A stretch of 64,000 nucleotides of DNA from the human T2T-CHM13v2.0 reference genome, Homo sapiens. The notes beneath the pieces are model-generated. The model did no database searches, was not told the DNA's origin, and worked only from the letters and a program-made list of their open reading frames with translations. The position numbers and the translations under genes are program-made. The stretch is from assembly GCF_009914755.1 (NCBI RefSeq), contig NC_060929.1. One strand, 5' to 3'. Of this stretch, positions 12,943 through 24,699 are shown one piece after another (the stretch's first letter is position 1; each line of letters begins with the position of its first letter).

Positions 12943-15900
12943 TCTAATAGTTGTCTTCATTAAAGCCTCATGGGGACTCTATTTTTTTTTTTTTTTTTTG
13001 TGGGTTGTTTATTTTGTGTTTGTGAAGTCCGGTAAATTCAGTTGCATCTGCCTTGATGTGGTCATACTATAACATATTTTTTCTGGATAAAGATAAGCCC
13101 TTTAACCATTAGATTCAATGTTTTCTTCATTTCAGAAAAGTTTTCTTTTATCTTTGAATTTTTTAACCAGATATTGTGAGCTCTTTCACACTAATTTCTC
13201 ATTTGTTGGACCTGACTTTAATGTTACATTTCACCTTCTTGTGTTTTCTATTTTGTTTTGCTCAGGATATATTTAAGCCTGTCATTTATATTCTTATCTG
13301 TGTTTTTAGCAGCATTATTCTCTCCACTTCCCACTTTTTTTCCTGCTTTTATTGATCTTCATTTCTTTCATGGTTGTCTTTACTCATTACATCCTGAATT
13401 TTGCCAGATTATTTTTTATCACTTTATTTTGTATTTATTTTCAATTATGTCTTCTAAATATCATTTCAGAGAGAAAACATTTTAGAGAAGGCATATTTTT
13501 AAAAAACATAGAAAATTTGATCCTATTTTTTACTGCTTCATGGTATAATTTGTATGTTCTGTACCTTATGTAATTTTCCCTTTTTCTTCTAGTATTTTTA
13601 TAAAGGTCATCATGTTTTATTTTTGTAATACAATTATTATAAATAATTATATAATATTATTAGTCTTTGAATATTCTAGATACTTGTGTAAGGATATTGT
13701 GGAGGAGGAGCTGGGGGTAGTAAGTATGATGGAAGGCAGACGAGTTTGGAATCTTGTCTCCAAAACACTCTCATCTGTTAGAATGACTCCTAGGCTATAG
13801 GATTGACTATGGCTTAGAGTGGATTCATAGTTGTTAATTTCATCATGTGACTTGTGACTTATCCTTTTCTTTTCATAATAGAATGAAAATTGCCATCTGT
13901 CTGGCTTCTTCCCCATCTTTTTGCCTTCTTTCATTACACCACACACGTGTCCTAATTATTCCAAAGGTGATACATTTGCATGTTTCCCTTTAAACTCCTT
14001 TCCCTCTGTCACTCTGTGGAGGGTTCACATGCTGCAATATTTCTGTTCCAAGTAAAGATCACAGGTTTTGATCCTCAGTCCTCAGTATACACACCTCTTT
14101 TAGGGATTTCTGGGCTTCTTGACTAGCTCAAGCTCTTCAGAGGCATGCACTTTATCTTGGTGTTCAGTCTTGACTGGTTTAAACTTTTGATGTCCAGAAG
14201 GTTTTCTTCATGTGTTGTTGTGTGGAATTGTAAATATTTTCTAGCTTTTGTAAGGTTGTGGCTCATATTTATATTTCTCCTGGTTTGAAAGAAGAGAGAG
14301 AAAGAAGTATGTCAAATTGAGACTCTTAGATTGGAAATCTGAATTTATTTACACGATTGAGATTGATCTAGAGTTTTATTTTTTCTGCTGTAACTGAAAT
14401 TTGGATTCAAGATTATATGTGTTTTGTGAATATGTTTGGTAACATTGTGACTTTTCTATAATTTAGGGAAGTTTGATGTAGGAGGAAGAGAAAAAATTTT
14501 TGAGAGAATCCTAAATTCATATATGGCTTAACCTTTTAATATCTATGTAATTTTAGATAATAAATAATTTGTTTGAGATTATGTGGCTCTAACAACACCT
14601 GCTTCACAGTGTAATTATGAGGATTTCATAGAATTTGTATAGTGAGCGTTAGTTTTGATGTTACTTTAAACCTCTTTGCCTTATACATTCTGTTTTTTCC
14701 ATGGAATATTATATGATTTCATGTCCACATATTAATCTCATACTTTCAATTACATTTTATGTTTAAATTGAATATTATGGTAATCGTTATGTAAATGATT
14801 AAAAATTTAAAGGGACAACATTTAATGTTGCTCTGGAATTCACCTTTAGTCATAAAATAAAGATGTAAAGTATCATCTGTAGACAATGGCAAAAGGCCTT
14901 TTTTGTCATAAGAAAATCAAATATGCTTTATTTCACCCAATTAACAGTTTCTGGGCTTGGCTATCCCGGGAAAACCAAAATGACCATAGGCGGTAATTCC
15001 CCAGGCCGTGTGATCTCAGTCTGGCATTCTCAGATCTCCAAGGCATCACTTTGGCCACTACCCTCTGGGGCTGTGATTAGCAGCTCTCTTCCTGTTTTAT
15101 GCAGCTCTGTGTGTATGTCTGCAGTGATGCCGTACTGGATCTGGTTCATCTTGTGAGAACTATACCTATCTGAATTTTTGATGATGCTCTTTTCTTAGTT
15201 CCCTTGGCAAAACAGGTAGGTGAGGGATAGAAATAAAATCTATACTTAGTAAATCGGTGAGCCAAGGTCTGTGACTGGCAATGAGTGAATTACATTCTCC
15301 TCAGTTGGGTGCAATGTCTGCCTTCTGTGTGGCCATTTGCTGTTGCCACTAGAGAAGGAGGATGCAGCAGGGATCAGGCACCGTGGAGAAAAGTCGCCGT
15401 GTGTAGGCAGCTAAGAATGTAGGAAAATGAACATCTCGGCTCCCAAAGGACGAGAATAAAGCTGTAGAAGAATGTCAGGGAGGAATCTGAGTTGATCGTA
15501 TGACTATTCATCCTTCTTCCCACATTTTCCCGACTGTTTAGCCCTACTTTTCTTCGCGTTGGGTCTCATTTTCCTTCCTGTGTGGCCTGTGCCTTATGGT
15601 CAGCGCGGACGTCCATCAGTCTATCAAATGCCTAGAAACCTTTCGCCCTTTGTCACCTTCTGTGTCACCCAGCATTCCCCTTCTCAGCCCTTTTCATTCT
15701 CATGGTGGAATCCTTTTGGTTTGATTTCAAGGGTCCAGCACTGTTGATGTCACAACAGAGTGGCATGGAAAGTTTCTGAAAATTTTGTCATCTAACCTCT
15801 CGTGGGGACTTTTAATTAATTCAGCTTTTGACAACTCCATCACATTCATTATATTATCCATTCATTCATTCATTAATACATTTGACATTTATAATGTGTG

Positions 15901-17125
15901 CCAACAATGTGCCAGGTCAAAACTGCCCACTTACAATGTAGAACATTTCTGTAAATTTTATTTCAATTTTCTTGTATTTCTTCTCCTTTATTCTACCATC
16001 CCACTTGATCTTCTGCCACAGAAGTTCTCTTCTCTCTCTCTTTGTTCTCTCTTCTCCTCCTTTATTCTTGATACCTGCTTCTGTGTTGTCTCCTCTAGGC
16101 CAGCACTTGTCCTCCTACCTCTGTGATGTTCTGTCTAGTTTATTGATTCCTTTTCCTACTTTACATAATCAATGTGGATAGTTTCTATAGTTGGGTCTTG
16201 GCTTTTTAATCTTTTTTTCCTGTGTATTATTTCCTTCAGGGACCTTATGCACTCTTACACATCCGTCTATTATTTTTATATGGATTACTATACAATTACA
16301 TGTTGAATTTGTACTTTTCCCCCATATATCCTGTCATATGTTTTCACCTGAGCATCTCAATATCTAATACTCTTATTTGCTTAAAATACACGTGATTATT
16401 TTCTCCACCCTGACATATTTTATGTTCAACTTTCTAATTTCTAAAAATGGACCTACCATTGTCCTATTTATTCTTGCTTAAATCTTGATATTTTCTTTGA
16501 GTTCATGCTCCTTCGTATTCACTCCAGCTGTGATAAGTCACCAATCCTTTGGGTTTTTACTTACCAGTATATCTATTTCTGTTTCTATAGCCTTAAAGCT
16601 GGAACTGTGTAGTCCCAGTTCCTCTGTGTAGCCCCCCAAGTCTGCTCTATTTCAATCTTCTCTTAAGGGAACTCCTTCCCTCCGTTTTTCTTTTCCTCCA
16701 TTTGATACATCGCACTTATAGATGGGGCATCTTCCCTAATTACTGGCTTCATCCTCAATTCCCGGGACCCATACCTTCACTGGCTCCCTAAATTTATTTA
16801 ATAATTCTCATATACCTTTGAGAAGTTTCTAATGATAGGCAACAAATGAATATTGACTACCTTTCTTATTTTCCTTTCTTCACCAAAATGATTTTTAGGA
16901 TGTAGACAATCTGTATGCTTCAACATACACCAAACTTACCATTTTTGAAATATTTTGCAATCTACTTGAAAAGACTTCTTTAGACCCTATATTCATGTAT
17001 TGTAATATTTATCCTCTTTTATGGCTATACTCAAATGCCACATCACTATAGTGCCTTCCCTCATCACTGTAGCTATCTCTTTTCACTCTACTTATATTGT
17101 AGAGGATTTGTTACACTTCTTAAAC

Positions 17126-17202
17126 TGCTGATCTCAAGCGATTTGCTTGCTTTGACCTCCCAAAGTGCTGGGCTGACAGGCGTGAGCCACTGCACATGGC
17201 CT
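17126..17202 (-). mobile_element. Alu fragment
   Basis: CTCAAGCGAT...CCTCCCAAAGTGCTGGGCTGACAGGCGTGAGCCACTGC. Confidence 0.8.
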
Positions 17203-18059
17203 GATTTGTTCCACTTCTACTATATGCATCACACATGCCTGATGCATATTTTAATGCACGTTGGATAAGGATCGGCTTTGTACGACTTCAGTCTTTCTTG
17301 ATGTGTGACACCCACTTCTATTTTGGCTCCACTTTAACAAAATGAATAAGTGAGAAGGTAATACTGGAAACAGAACATAACTGTGACTAGGAATTTGGTC
17401 TTGACTCGCCATTTAATTTTCTGATGTGCATGACTGTTTTCTTCACATGTGAAATTTAACATGAGGTTGAAACTGGAGAATTTTATATTTTTCATGAAAA
17501 AGGCAATTTGGGAGAAAAGTCCATTTTCCTGAGGATAACGTATTGTATGGTTTGACTGCTTTGCCTTGGCTGGTCAACACATTTGTACACCTGGATAGGC
17601 ACAGTTTTCAGAAATCCTTTCAAGCATCTACCAATTCTCCTGTCTACAAGTTTACCTTCCTCCCATTTCTCATTCCTAATGACAAGGGAAATATCCAGTG
17701 TTATCTGAAGTGGTCATAAAAGACATTTTTTTTTCTTTTTATGTGAGGAATTGAAACTTATGGCTTTAGATTATGGGGCTTACCATCAAGGAAAGGGCGT
17801 AGCGTGGTCAGAGGACAAAACTTCTTCCTGCATTTCTCAGGAAGTCTTTGATTAGTGTGTCCACCTAGGAGCAATTTTTTTTTGGGGGGGGTGCTGGGAA
17901 ATATACTTAAGTGATTAAATCCAAGTGTAGACATGAGAGGTTTACCTAAAGCCAGGTCTAATTACCATACCTGAGAATCAGGGAGTATTTAAAATTTGAG
18001 AAATAATTTTCTATACTTGAAAGTCACTTATGTAGGTAGGCCTCAGATTATAATAAATA

Positions 18060-18690
18060 ACGTTTATTGTGCTATACTATGTGGTAGGTATGAGGTTAAG
18101 TATTTTTACCTATATTATATCACTTATTTCTTACAAATGGAGCAAGGGAGCAAGCAAGCAAGGGAGGTATTATTATCCCTATTTTATGTATTTATGTATT
18201 TATTTTTGATTTCTATTCTTTTGGTTTTTTTGTTGTTTTTTATTGATGTATCATAGTTGTACATGTTTTGGGGTACATGTGATATTTTTGATACATGTAT
18301 ACAATGTGTAATGATCAAATCAGAGTAATTTGGATATTCATCACCTCGAATATTTATCTTTTCTTTGTGTTGGGAACATTATAATTTTTCTCTGCTAGCT
18401 ATTTTAGAATATATAATAAATTATTGTTCCCTATGATTTCTCCATTGTACAATTGAATACTAAAATTTATTATGTCTATCTACATATCCCCAGTTCAATA
18501 ACTATAATTTCTCTGCTGTGCAATCAAATACTAGAACTTCTTCCTTCGAACGCTATATCCCTAATTCAATAACAAGTAAACTGAAGCTCAGCATGGTCTA
18601 GGAACTTTGTTACGTTAACACAGCAAGTGAGTGTTGCAGCCTGGATCCAAAAATCAGGCCTGGTAGACCTCAAAGTCCAGATTATTGACC
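18060..18690 (-). mobile_element. MIR interrupted by an L1MA 3' fragment (about 18220-18570)
   Basis: MIR core GAGGTATTATTATCCCTATTTTA on the left and AAACTGAAGCTCAG on the right. L1MA 3' UTR (GGGTACATGTGATA...ACAATGTGTAATGATCAAATCAG) lies between. Confidence 0.65.
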
Positions 18691-20689
18691 TTTCTACCAT
18701 AATGTATGGAGGTAAGTTTGTGAATTTATTCAAAAATCAGGCCTGGTCAACCTCAAAGTCCAAATTATTAACCTTTCTACCATAATGTATGGAGCTAAGT
18801 TTGTGAATTTTCATAGTTTTAGGATTTGAAGATAAAAGAGGTGAAAATTTGGAAATGGTTTCTGGACTTTGAATTTTGGCAAACAGCTATGTGATAAGTC
18901 CACCCTGCAGACCCACAACTTTTGGAAATAACTCTACTGTGACCTTCAGTAGCAGAAGCTGCTCCTGGGGTGGTAGAACACAAGGAAAACACACACTAGT
19001 AAAAATTTCATGTGCCTTCTTTGTTCTGTACATGTGTTTCTCTTGATTAGTATATGGTAGTATCCTCAAATCATAGTAACAAGTATACTTTTTCCAGTGA
19101 ATTGCATGTGTATATTATTGTATAGTATAAAAGGCAATATTTCCATTTATTATCATCTGTGCTTTTCAAAGAAACTCTGTGAGTCCAAAAGGGCGATAAT
19201 AGAAGCAACTGCCCTTTCTCTCCCCCGTTAAATGCAACCCAATGTCACAGTCCGTAGCATCCCCAGATGAGTGTATTAAAGGTGAGAAATTCCCAGAGTC
19301 AAACTCAGTAGCATCCTTGAATGAGTGTATTAAAGGTGATAAATTTATTTTATTTATGTTCTTTTTAACCTGTGTTCTCAGAAACAGAGACTACTGTATT
19401 TCATCCTACCTTAGTCTTGCTTAGCAGTTTCTCTTCTCCTTTGAGGCTCTTTTATTTTTAAATCATTGTTCATATCTTCTAATTTCCCCTTTCTCCCATT
19501 CTTTCCATATTTTTAATCTTTTTTTAACTTTATCTCTGTTCTGCTTTTTCTGTATTTCAAATTGATCCATAGACTTTAGAAAAATGAGTTGAATGCTGGC
19601 TGTAGGCTGTCTTATCCCCAGCAAGAAACATGTTGTAAAGTCTTAGTACCTTCCCACTGGAAGATCATTAGTCATGGCTACTATGTTTTTAAATGAGAAT
19701 TGTTTTAATTATGCATTTTAAAATTATTGGAAAACATGAGGGAGAGGAATGAACCATAAGTAATAAAGATTATTGACTTGAAGTTAAGACCTTACTATGA
19801 TCTGGGATTATTAGTCTTACTTGTCAATCAAGAACTATCCACTTTCTATTTGTTTGTGGGTATCTAATATGGTTATATACACAGAAGTAATGATAATTGA
19901 TATGAAAAGGTCTCCTCCTGTTATATCAATTTAGGTATTTTTCACACATTGTGTACCTCATTCTTCTCCTATTCAATTTTCACTAATTCCTAAAGGGTCA
20001 GGTCAATGTCCTTGGCATAACCTCCTCCACCTGTTCTTAATGGCAATTGTATCTTCTGCCCTCCAATATCTATAACACTTTTTTCTTTAAAACTCTTTGA
20101 ATGTTTATCTTAATACTCATTTGATATATATTGTATACCACATATGATTGTTTGTTATATGTACAATACATGTTTTTTCAACTTTTTTTGGTTCTTTCCA
20201 TTTACAGGAATTAGAGAAAGAACTAATCAGTGTGAAGGAGAATTGTCAGTAAAATTACAAGAAAAGATTGAGATCATAATTGACCTTTGAGGATAATAAA
20301 ATTTAAAGACCAAAAGGATGGACTTCACAGAAACATGACCTTAGGTTGTTTTTGCAGTTGTAGTAACTGGTTATATGACCAACAAAATATGAAGAATGGG
20401 TAAACAAATTCTGATAGTAATGATCAGTCACTTTGCAAATATAAAGTTACTATTTACTACTGTATTGTACAGGTTCAATAATCTTTGTGTACACATTTTA
20501 TGTATTTATTGTCAGGCTGCTATATAATTCAGTATTTATAATAGATACTATGTATAGCAATCTATGGTTAGTTTTGGTCTTAACCAGGAAAAATCACTCT
20601 TTTGAGTTTTGCTGTTTTTACCAGATTATTTTTACTGGATGATTGCTCATATTATTTGATTATTATTGCAATTTGTCTTTCTGGAATAG

Positions 20690-20830
20690 GAAGCAAGAGG
20701 CCTGAATTCTGGTTCCTATTCTATCAATTGTGTGAATTCTGGAAACTCAGTTTACTTTTCTGGGCCTCATGGTTTTCATCTGAATGATGACCAACTTGGA
20801 TAAAATGGTCTTTATATAATTCCATAGGCA
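20690..20830 (+). mobile_element. MIR fragment
   Basis: CCTGAATTCTGGTTCC...TGTGTGA...TCTGGGCCTCATGGTTTTCATCTG. Confidence 0.5.
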
Positions 20831-22634
20831 TTTCCCTTCCCAAGGGCTTGAGTCTTTTTCAACAATTATAGAGTTTTCCGGTCCCTCTTCCCAGTGCCTC
20901 AGCACCTTGCTATTCATGTTCATCTGATCAGTTGTTTGCATGCTGACTTACATTACCCTGATGGGCAGTACCTGTGGCTGTTTCTGCTCCCTCACCCAGT
21001 CCATAGGCTTCTGGTTGTAAAAAGTGTGCATCTTGAGACTGTGGACAGTTAGCTCCAGAGGTGACAGTATAATCACTTCACGTAGAAGAGGATAGAGAGA
21101 GACTCATGCCAGTGGTGGTGAGCAAGTATTAGAGATATGATGTGTGCCTCTGTGAGTTTTGGGGTCTAAGATAAATTATGGCACTAGGAAGATGGTCCTT
21201 TGTGTCAGAAGAACTGGAGTTGTTGGTGCAAAAAAGTATGATGTCAGCATAGCAGTTTTATTTGTACCTCAGCAACTTCTAAAATAATCTCTATTAAGTG
21301 TTTTCAGGAACTACTTTCTACTATAGGAAAATGATTGAGGTGAGTATCCATCTGGACACAGAGAAATATAACACTGTTTTCTGCTCACCCTCCACTTCAC
21401 ATATAAATACAATATGTGTTAAAGGACTAAATTTCTAGTGTCACAGTTTGTACTTTATAGTTTGAAGTCAATAAGAAAGCTCATATACCTTCCTAAAAGT
21501 CACTTGTTAATGTTTGATATTAATCTAATTTTATCATAAATTAAAAGTATAAAACTACAAATTTCTTAAAGATAAAATATCCGAATGGATTCAGTCAAAT
21601 TAAGCATGATAATATCAAATATCAGAATAGGTTACCATGCAGGAGGTACTGAGTACTTAAAAGGGTGGGGAATGCAATGAACATAAAAGCTGGTACCAAG
21701 GGGAGGAGGAGACAGTGATGAATTAAAACATTATCTTAACTAATCCAAGTGCTGGTCTTCAATACTTTCATGTGTATAGACAAAGAGAAACTGCAGAGAT
21801 TTCTCACAACCTCTGTGTCCATTTTATGCATGTATCTTAGCAGAAACACTGGTGAAATCCCTCCAAAACATATTTATTAGGCATGGAAAAAGCCTTACAT
21901 GACAGGTGGCATAGGCTCCTTATGAAATCATTGCAGGATGGGAAGCCATTTAGGGCTTCATAATTGTGAAAGATTGTATAGAAACTGAGGCACTTAAATA
22001 GCAGTAAGCATGAGAAAATGTGGTAGATAATGGTGGTGATTCTATTTCTTGTGAAAGTCCACTTACTCTAGTCTGCTACAGTTGTGGGCTTTCCGATTTC
22101 ACATACCCCAGTCTCTATATTCTCTCAATCCACAGCCTACCTCAACTAAGTCCGTCCCAGGCACCTCTTACTGCAGTGATAATCCATCTGTTAATCATGT
22201 TTTCCTCTTATGTCTACTTTCTGTCAGAGAATTGTGGGTGCAAACTGGGAAGGGAAGGAAATTATAAGAATATGTATAAGTACAAATGGAATATGTTGGA
22301 AATGAGGAATAGTTAATATCACAGGTCATTTAAACACCTGATGAATTTCATGGATAGTCAGGAATCTTGTTCTTACCTAATCTGTTAATTTTAGATCAGA
22401 CATTACACTGAAAGTATTGATGATGGGTTTAAATCAGGTTGCAGCTCACATGTTGTGATAATATTATGTTGATTTTTTGTTTTTAATATGTGAGGAACAG
22501 AATAACTGTATACTATTTATTCATAGTGACATTGCAATATTGATTTTAGTACATATTATTATCTTCATAATCACAATTTCCTCCCCATTTTCTTAGTTCT
22601 CATAATTTTAGCCACAGCCCAGTTGGCTGGACCA

Positions 22635-23573
22635 ATGGATGGAGAGAATCACTCAGTGGTATCTGAGTTTTTGTTTCTGGGACTCACTCATTCATGGGAG
22701 ATCCAGCTCCTCCTCCTAGTGTTTTCCTCTGTGCTCTATGTGGCAAGCATTACTGGAAACATCCTCATTGTGTTTTCTGTGACCACTGACCCTCACTTAC
22801 ACTCCCCCATGTACTTTCTACTGGCCAGTCTCTCCTTCATTGACTTAGGAGCCTGCTCTGTCACTTCTCCCAAGATGATTTATGACCTGTTCAGAAAGCG
22901 CAAAGTCATCTCCTTTGGAGGCTGCATCGCTCAAATCTTCTTCATCCACGTCGTTGGTGGTGTGGAGATGGTGCTGCTCATAGCCATGGCCTTTGACAGA
23001 TATGTGGCCCTATGTAAGCCCCTCCACTATCTGACCATTATGAGCCCAAGAATGTGCCTTTCATTTCTGGCTGTTGCCTGGACCCTTGGTGTCAGTCACT
23101 CCCTGTTCCAACTGGCATTTCTTGTTAATTTAGCCTTCTGTGGCCCTAATGTGTTGGACAGCTTCTACTGTGACCTTCCTCGGCTTCTCAGACTAGCCTG
23201 TACCGACACCTACAGATTGCAGTTCATGGTCACTGTTAACAGTGGGTTTATCTGTGTGGGTACTTTCTTCATACTTCTAATCTCCTACGTCTTCATCCTG
23301 TTTACTGTTTGGAAACATTCCTCAGGTGGTTCATCCAAGGCCCTTTCCACTCTTTCAGCTCACAGCACAGTGGTCCTTTTGTTCTTTGGTCCACCCATGT
23401 TTGTGTATACACGGCCACACCCTAATTCACAGATGGACAAGTTTCTGGCTATTTTTGATGCAGTTCTCACTCCTTTTCTGAATCCAGTTGTCTATACATT
23501 CAGGAATAAGGAGATGAAGGCAGCAATAAAGAGAGTATGCAAACAGCTAGTGATTTACAAGAGGATCTCATAA
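22635..23573 (+). CDS. OR4F3: Olfactory receptor family 4 subfamily F, 312 aa (OR4F3/OR4F16/OR4F29-type; copies not distinguishable here)
   Basis: Intact ORF from ATG 22635 ([12 protein letters not shown]...) to TAA 23573. It has an N-glycosylation site NHS, the OR motifs [33 protein letters not shown] and [12 protein letters not shown], and seven hydrophobic segments. The track's TTG start at 22623 is 4 codons upstream. Confidence 0.96.
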   Translation: MDGENHSVVSEFLFLGLTHSWEIQLLLLVFSSVLYVASITGNILIVFSVTTDPHLHSPMYFLLASLSFIDLGACSVTSPKMIYDLFRKRKVISFGGCIAQIFFIHVVGGVEMVLLIAMAFDRYVALCKPLHYLTIMSPRMCLSFLAVAWTLGVSHSLFQLAFLVNLAFCGPNVLDSFYCDLPRLLRLACTDTYRLQFMVTVNSGFICVGTFFILLISYVFILFTVWKHSSGGSSKALSTLSAHSTVVLLFFGPPMFVYTRPHPNSQMDKFLAIFDAVLTPFLNPVVYTFRNKEMKAAIKRVCKQLVIYKRIS

Positions 23574-23594
23574 ATGATATAATAAGCCCTTCTC

Positions 23595-23600
23595 ATTAAA
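23595..23600 (+). promoter_or_regulatory. Candidate polyadenylation signal ATTAAA
   Basis: ATTAAA about 20 nt after the OR stop codon, with T/GT-rich sequence downstream. Confidence 0.4.
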
Positions 23601-24507
23601 CATGATATGGCTTTATGTTTCTTTCTTTGATATTTTAGATTCAGGAACTATGAGACATTATGTATTGATTTGAATGTTATTAGACCTGTAACATAATTCT
23701 TATCTGATGAATATATGATGAATATATTCCTTGTTCAAAATGAGTCATAAATTCAACACATCTCTACATCTATATTATGCCCATTTAATTTCTTTCAGCA
23801 ATATTTTGTAGTTTTTGGTGAACAGGTACTTTATGCATATGTACTTTATATTTATCTCTAAGTTTTATATTTCTGATGCCCTTTTAAGTGACATTTTTAT
23901 TTCAATTTACAATTGTTTATTCTTAGCTTATGGGCACATAATAGATCTTTGTTTGACATTATATCCTGTAAACTTGCAAAACTTATAAGTTCCATCAGTT
24001 TTTTATAGGTTATGTAGGATTTTCTTTATAGATGATTATGTTGTCAGTGAATAAAGACATTTGCTTTTAAAATTCTAGTATGAATTCACTATATTCATTT
24101 TGTTGAATGCTGAGTAGAATTAGTTAGAGTAGACATCTTTGACTTGTTCCTGTTATGAAATATATTAAATATTTCATCATTAAGTATAATGTTAGCTATA
24201 ATTTTTTTCATAGGTACTCTTTAACAGGCTGAGAAAGTTTTCTGTATTCACAGTTTGCTGAAAATTTCTTTTATCTTTAGTCAGGAATGGATCTTGGATT
24301 TTGTAAAGCTTTTTCGTTTCAGAATCAGGGTAATGCTGGCCCTTTAGAATGAGTTGGGAAGCATCTGCTCTTCTTAAATTTTCTGCCATAATTTTGTAGA
24401 ATTCATATAATTTTTTTCTTTAAAAAGGGAAGTACTTAAGTATTTTTTCCCATAAGTTACCCATAAGTAAATCTAAAGGAAAGTGGGAAACTTTGATACG
24501 CATTGGT

Positions 24508-24520
24508 TGCCCCCTGGTGG
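24508..24520 (-). promoter_or_regulatory. CTCF consensus motif
   Basis: The minus strand reads CCACCAGGGGGCA, an exact match to the CTCF core consensus. Confidence 0.6.
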
Positions 24521-24699
24521 AGATTTCTGGGTTCTTGATTATTTTAACACTGGAGATAGAATCTGGTGGAATGACGTCAATGCTACCGTGATTAAGAGGT
24601 GTGTAGGAAATGCTTCATGTAAAAGAGAAAATAGTCTTTATGAGAATCTGCCTGGTGGAAAGGAGTTGGTGCAACAATAACAATATAAATTAGTGAAAA

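Noticed and set aside
22623-22634. TTG start giving a 316-aa receptor
   Set aside because: An artefact of allowing alternative starts. The ATG at 22635 gives the standard OR N-terminus, and these codons matter only if spliced.
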